From positions 1-27,094 of the IMG/VR virus record IMGVR_UViG_3300025825_000292: a stretch of DNA of 27,094 bases; one strand, given 5' to 3'. This document shows, piece after piece, positions 22,898 to 27,094 of the stretch (its first letter is position 1; each line of letters starts with the position of its first letter). Source of the DNA: a virus. Lineage: Duplodnaviria; Caudoviricetes. The translations under genes were made by a program, and so were the position numbers. The notes below the pieces were generated by a model, which saw only the letters and a list, made by a program, of their open reading frames with translations, did not search any database and was not told where the DNA came from.

Positions 22898-25800
22898 TTA
22901 TCGACCAAGAATAACCCCTTGCTGCTCTTGCCGTTGACGATCGGCTTGAATCGCTTGTTGGACATCCTCCTCTGACATCGCGCCGATTGCCTTAAACCCC
23001 TTTTTATTCAGCACTTGAATGAACAGTTCGTGGTCTTCGTTGAGTAGCTGTTGGAAGGCGGCATCCTTCACCCGTGTCACATACCGTTGGACGAGGGCTT
23101 GTCGCCCGCCATCCGGCCCCGGTTTCCCCCTGGCCCATTCGATGGGGACGCCTTCTCCAGGTTTGCCGTGGATAATTTCCCATAACCCCGAGGCGAGTGA
23201 GTGGCCACGCGGGTGATGTGCCTGCGCCATATCAGGCGCTTCCATGCCAATGAGCGTGGTCCCGTCGTAAATGCCCTTTCCAAATAACTCCCTCAACCGC
23301 ATACGCTGATGGATATTGAGGTGGACGCCGCCCTGCACTTTCCCCGGCGCTGAGAAATACACCCGAGAGGCCCCCATCTCGGCATCTAACGTCACGCGTG
23401 GGTCATCGGGATGAAACGGTTTGGTTTGCACCCCGCCAATCGTCAAGAAATTCTCCCAGGCTCCTTCATTCGGGACTTCATCCTTTTCTCCCCAGTACGT
23501 GCGATAGGCGGGGAGATTACTCGCCATGCCAGGAATGGATTTCAGGGCTCGGTCATACGCAGAATCCGCCGCTTTCAACTCCCCTTCAATCATGCTGTTG
23601 ATTTGCCGCCCTAATGCGCTAGCGGGAATAAACCCCGGAGTTTTGCGCGCCATGATGGCAGAAAGCTTGTCGGCAGCGCCATCACCCTCAGCTAACGCGG
23701 CCATGAAGTCCCGAAAGTCTCCGGAGGTGGCGTTATTGATAATGAGGTGGGTAGCCGCTACGGTCATCGCCTCAACGAGTTCTGTGGCGAGCGCTTGCCC
23801 GAGGGATTCATCCGCTTCTGGCGCGACGGTATCCAAACGAGGCAACATATAATTTACGTCTAACATAAACGCAAAGACATTCCCAATCGCGCCTGTTCGA
23901 TCATACGGAATAAATTGGCTCCCCACTCGGCACGTATACGATTTATGTCCAGCTTGTTCCCACGATTGACGCGCGTCGCGATCAAGTGGGCCAAATCCAT
24001 CACAGCGGTTCGAGAGCGAGAGGCCTGTTGCGATTCCAGCAATCGCCCACCCCGTCGCCAATTGCGCCTTCGCCTTAGCGGCGCGTTCTCCACCAGCCGC
24101 CATATCAGCATTAACCGAGGGCAGCAATCGTCGAATCAGCGGTAAGCGATTCCCTCCCTCGCGCGCCGTGAGCATACTCACCTTGAAATACGGTTGAAAG
24201 GTTCGCCAAATGAGCGATTGCCGGGTCGCTTCATCAATTTTCCCAATCGCCCCTTCTAATGGAGACATCATCGCAATAAGATCCGCTTCGTTTTTGCCGA
24301 CCTCATCAATCGAGGTCATTTTTCCGGCAACGGGCACAAACGTGGATTGCGGATGCGCCATAAATTCTTCTTTGCGGGCGAGAAACGCGGCACGACGAAC
24401 AGGATCAGCTTTGAGGTCCTTGCTAAACGCGCGGAGCCGTTTCGGATCACCGACCTCCCCAGCTGATTTCACTGCCGTAAACGCCTCTTGAAAGGCTAAA
24501 CGGTGCGCGAGCGCGTCGGACCAGGCCGTCTGGACCGCAAACCGAAAGAGGTTATCAGTCGCGCCAACCGCATACACCCCTAACATCGACGCATGGCCAA
24601 GCGCGTCAATCGCCGCGCCCCATAACCCGGTCGCCCCATACATTTCAGATGAAATAGACCGCTTCGCTTGGAGTTTGTTAATCCCGCCAACTCCGGTATT
24701 GGCGCGAAGGGTAGCAAGCTCCTCCGCCAGCGCGTTATACGCCGGTTCATTTTTGATGAAGGTTTTTCCATCCTTGCCCACCCCCAAATGCTTAGCCATT
24801 TCGCGAGGTAGCTCCTCTAACCGTTGAAGCGCCACGGTATTGAGGGGAGTGAGACTATCCGGGCCAGCCCCCCGTGTGAGCCCCTTAAAAGATCGCCAAC
24901 TGTCATAAAAGCGCCGAGAGACTTCACGATCCCCAAAGAGTACTTTTGGATACGCCATCATTAAACTTTGCGCAAGAACCGTCGCCTCCCCTGGCATGAC
25001 ATTACTATCAACATAACGGGACATGCGCCATCGCTCAAAGACCTTCGCCGTGGTGAGAGACGCCGCCGACAACCCATTCCAAATTGGGGTGGAGGTCGCC
25101 GAGACTAACCCACCCAACATAATCGACATCGCCCCGGCCTTTAATTTCTGCCCAAAGGTGCGAAACCCCTTCATGAAGGCATCTTTTTCTTTCGCGCCTC
25201 TCAGCAGCCGATAGGTATACACAAGCTGTTCAACTGGCGCGCCAATTTGCGCGTATTCTAAGGTTTCTTCAAGGGCTTTGTTACTCGGCCCTTGCCCATA
25301 GATCGCGGCTCGAACCATTTGACCAGAGGGAATCTCACCTGGCGCGCGAACCCGTTTATCAAGGTTCGCCGTGACATTTAAAAGCTGCCGGAATTTTCGG
25401 TCTTCTTGCGCCGTGCGTGGTGTGTCATCCAGCATCAGTTCATCAAGTTTTTTCATCCAGCGTTGGCGAATCGATTGCGCGGCTTGCAACGCCCCGGCGT
25501 TATCTAACCGCACCTCGCCTTTTAAGAGCTTCTTGAGGGTGACTGTGCCGCTATCAAGGAGCGCCGTCGCCTCCGCGCTAATGACCGTATCGCTTTTCCG
25601 GGCTTCCGAGATCGTCGCTTGCACCGATTTGAGGAGATTATCTAATTCATCTTGCGTAATGCCGGCTACCGGCGAGGGAATTGGTGGAGGTGGTGGTGGT
25701 GGAGCAGCCGGGGCCGGTGGGGCCGGTGGTTTCACTCCCGCGCCTTCCGGGGCTATCGGGGCCGCCGGGGCTATCGGGGTTCCTAATTTCGTTCCTGCCG

Positions 25801-27052
25801 CTCCTGGAATAATGGGGCCTCCTGGTCCTGCTGGCGATGTCGCGGGCAACACCGGGGCTGGCGGGGCGACTGGCACCCCTGGCGTAGTCGCTTGCGCCGT
25901 TTCCGCGCTCACCCCTTTTGGAAGTAGTGTTGTGGTATCAGCGACTTCTTCCGCGCCTCCTACCCCTTCCGCGCCCTTGACCCCCGCCTTCCCAGCCTTC
26001 GCGAATTCTCCAACGGTTTTCACCCCTTTGATAGCTCTTGTCGCGAGTCCAGCCACCGCTCCCGCCCCCGCAAGGGTATTCACGGGATCTGTGGCGATAT
26101 CCACCCCGAAGTTAGCGGCGCGATGGGGGTAGTTGACTATCGCGCCAAGGACCCCTCCACTTAATAACTCTACCGGTGAGTGCTCAATGGGTTCATTTTC
26201 GAGTCCTGTGAGCTCCGGCGCTTCAAGCTCATCGCCTGGACGTCCTGCTAGGACTCCTCGCGCCAGCCGCCCGCCTTTCGCTAATAACGCTAAGCCATCT
26301 CCAATTTTATCGCTGAGGTAGGTGGTTAGGGGTTGTGTGAGTCTCTGCCCGGACCTTGCCGCCTCCGCTAAATCGATATCTAATAACCCACGCATGTACG
26401 CGGCTTGTTGACGACCGAGGTTCTTCTCGATCTCGCCAAGCTCATTCTCCTGGACGCGAGCCATGGCATAGGCATCAAGGGGATCTCCCCATGGGGGCAA
26501 CGCTCCCATCGGCGGCTTCTCGCGAGGTTCGTATGGCACCACTTCACCGGTTCGCGCATCTCGTGACATCTCACTATAGGCCGATTTGAGGTTCGGGAGA
26601 TGGTTAATATTCAAGTTAAAGGGATCGTTGGCGGCTCCAACTGGCGCATAGCCTTCATAGAGCTTATCTTTCGGGAATCCGCGATCAGCTTGCTCAGGAG
26701 GCCCGATAAACAACTCACTCCCGCCTTGTGAAAAGTATCGGAGAAATTCGTCGCTATACAGACCATTCCACATGGCCGACCGCCCTGTTTCCTTTTGATA
26801 CTCCTCCTCCTCTCGTTGGATTTGGAAAGCCGCCGCCCCAGCCTGCGCGGTAAATCCACGCCAGGCAGGATTGGGCACCCACAAGGGGCTTTTCGGGTTC
26901 TTCGGGTCTTTCCGTTGCACCCCATACTTGAATTCCATGCCATCCGCGCCATTCTCCGCTTCAAGGAGCGCAAATAACAACCGAGGGTCGCTCATTTTAT
27001 TCCGAAGCGCCGCAGCCGCAACGATTTCCCGCCAATTTGTCGGTCGCGCCAT
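22898..27052 (-). CDS. Large internal virion (ejection) protein with N-terminal lysozyme-like domain
   Basis: 1384 aa, Ala/Gly-rich and helical, directly upstream of the tail fibre as T7 gp16 is to gp17. N-terminal DPRLLFALLEAENG and YAPVGAANDPFNLN motifs. Confidence 0.75.
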   Translation of the reverse strand: MARPTNWREIVAAAALRNKMSDPRLLFALLEAENGADGMEFKYGVQRKDPKNPKSPLWVPNPAWRGFTAQAGAAAFQIQREEEEYQKETGRSAMWNGLYSDEFLRYFSQGGSELFIGPPEQADRGFPKDKLYEGYAPVGAANDPFNLNINHLPNLKSAYSEMSRDARTGEVVPYEPREKPPMGALPPWGDPLDAYAMARVQENELGEIEKNLGRQQAAYMRGLLDIDLAEAARSGQRLTQPLTTYLSDKIGDGLALLAKGGRLARGVLAGRPGDELEAPELTGLENEPIEHSPVELLSGGVLGAIVNYPHRAANFGVDIATDPVNTLAGAGAVAGLATRAIKGVKTVGEFAKAGKAGVKGAEGVGGAEEVADTTTLLPKGVSAETAQATTPGVPVAPPAPVLPATSPAGPGGPIIPGAAGTKLGTPIAPAAPIAPEGAGVKPPAPPAPAAPPPPPPPIPSPVAGITQDELDNLLKSVQATISEARKSDTVISAEATALLDSGTVTLKKLLKGEVRLDNAGALQAAQSIRQRWMKKLDELMLDDTPRTAQEDRKFRQLLNVTANLDKRVRAPGEIPSGQMVRAAIYGQGPSNKALEETLEYAQIGAPVEQLVYTYRLLRGAKEKDAFMKGFRTFGQKLKAGAMSIMLGGLVSATSTPIWNGLSAASLTTAKVFERWRMSRYVDSNVMPGEATVLAQSLMMAYPKVLFGDREVSRRFYDSWRSFKGLTRGAGPDSLTPLNTVALQRLEELPREMAKHLGVGKDGKTFIKNEPAYNALAEELATLRANTGVGGINKLQAKRSISSEMYGATGLWGAAIDALGHASMLGVYAVGATDNLFRFAVQTAWSDALAHRLAFQEAFTAVKSAGEVGDPKRLRAFSKDLKADPVRRAAFLARKEEFMAHPQSTFVPVAGKMTSIDEVGKNEADLIAMMSPLEGAIGKIDEATRQSLIWRTFQPYFKVSMLTAREGGNRLPLIRRLLPSVNADMAAGGERAAKAKAQLATGWAIAGIATGLSLSNRCDGFGPLDRDARQSWEQAGHKSYTCRVGSQFIPYDRTGAIGNVFAFMLDVNYMLPRLDTVAPEADESLGQALATELVEAMTVAATHLIINNATSGDFRDFMAALAEGDGAADKLSAIMARKTPGFIPASALGRQINSMIEGELKAADSAYDRALKSIPGMASNLPAYRTYWGEKDEVPNEGAWENFLTIGGVQTKPFHPDDPRVTLDAEMGASRVYFSAPGKVQGGVHLNIHQRMRLRELFGKGIYDGTTLIGMEAPDMAQAHHPRGHSLASGLWEIIHGKPGEGVPIEWARGKPGPDGGRQALVQRYVTRVKDAAFQQLLNEDHELFIQVLNKKGFKAIGAMSEEDVQQAIQADRQRQEQQGVILGR

Positions 27053-27094
27053 TAAGGGTTCTCCTCCGTTTCGTTAAACACGCCCATGATGCCA

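Larger units (their letters stand above)
1..27094. mobile_element. Tailed dsDNA bacteriophage genome segment, podovirus-like
   Basis: Terminase, T7-like tail-fibre anchor, large internal virion protein, phage-type PolA/SSB/Sak4/Cas4-like module and dense small ORFs with strong SD sites; no host housekeeping genes. Confidence 0.95.

Noticed and set aside
25371-26132. 253 aa plus-strand ORF and other long antisense or overlapping ORFs (e.g. 13919..14509, 3085..3501, 22580..22975)
   Set aside because: They are shadows of GC-rich, low-complexity real genes, with no SD or recognisable motifs.
27052-27094. End of an upstream minus-strand gene (…GIMGVFNETEENP*, TAATG overlap)
   Set aside because: Only 13 codons plus the stop are visible; probably real but cannot be characterised.

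Overview
The window is a 27 kb segment of a tailed dsDNA phage genome. It looks podovirus-like, with a T7-type tail-fibre anchor and a very large internal virion/ejection protein. A Nitrospirota host is tentatively suggested by one small Zn-ribbon protein family. The left end (minus strand) carries a leaderless HTH gene, a probable terminase small subunit, a membrane protein and lipoprotein pair (spanin-like), the terminase large subunit, and an unlisted PL1 pectate-lyase-like gene that runs off the window edge. The middle (plus strand, about 4.5-20.6 kb) is the early and replication arm. It opens with a consensus sigma54 promoter and IHF site driving small early genes, including RadC/JAB. Next is an AT-rich, about 290 bp imperfect palindrome with four symmetric IHF sites (candidate origin). 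A sigma70 promoter with tandem NrdR-like boxes then precedes an RHH regulator, a Cas4-like PD-(D/E)XK nuclease, a D-armless tRNA-like element, a circularly permuted Sak4/AAA_24-like ATPase, an SSB, a UDG-exonuclease-PolA fusion with an atypical motif B, and a DUF3987-type ATPase whose C-terminus appears to lie in the +1 frame. The right end (minus strand) encodes a beta-helix tailspike and a 1384 aa virion protein with an N-terminal lysozyme-like domain. I recognised no integrase, primase, RNA polymerase or CRISPR array. All family calls come from motif recognition by eye, not database searches.
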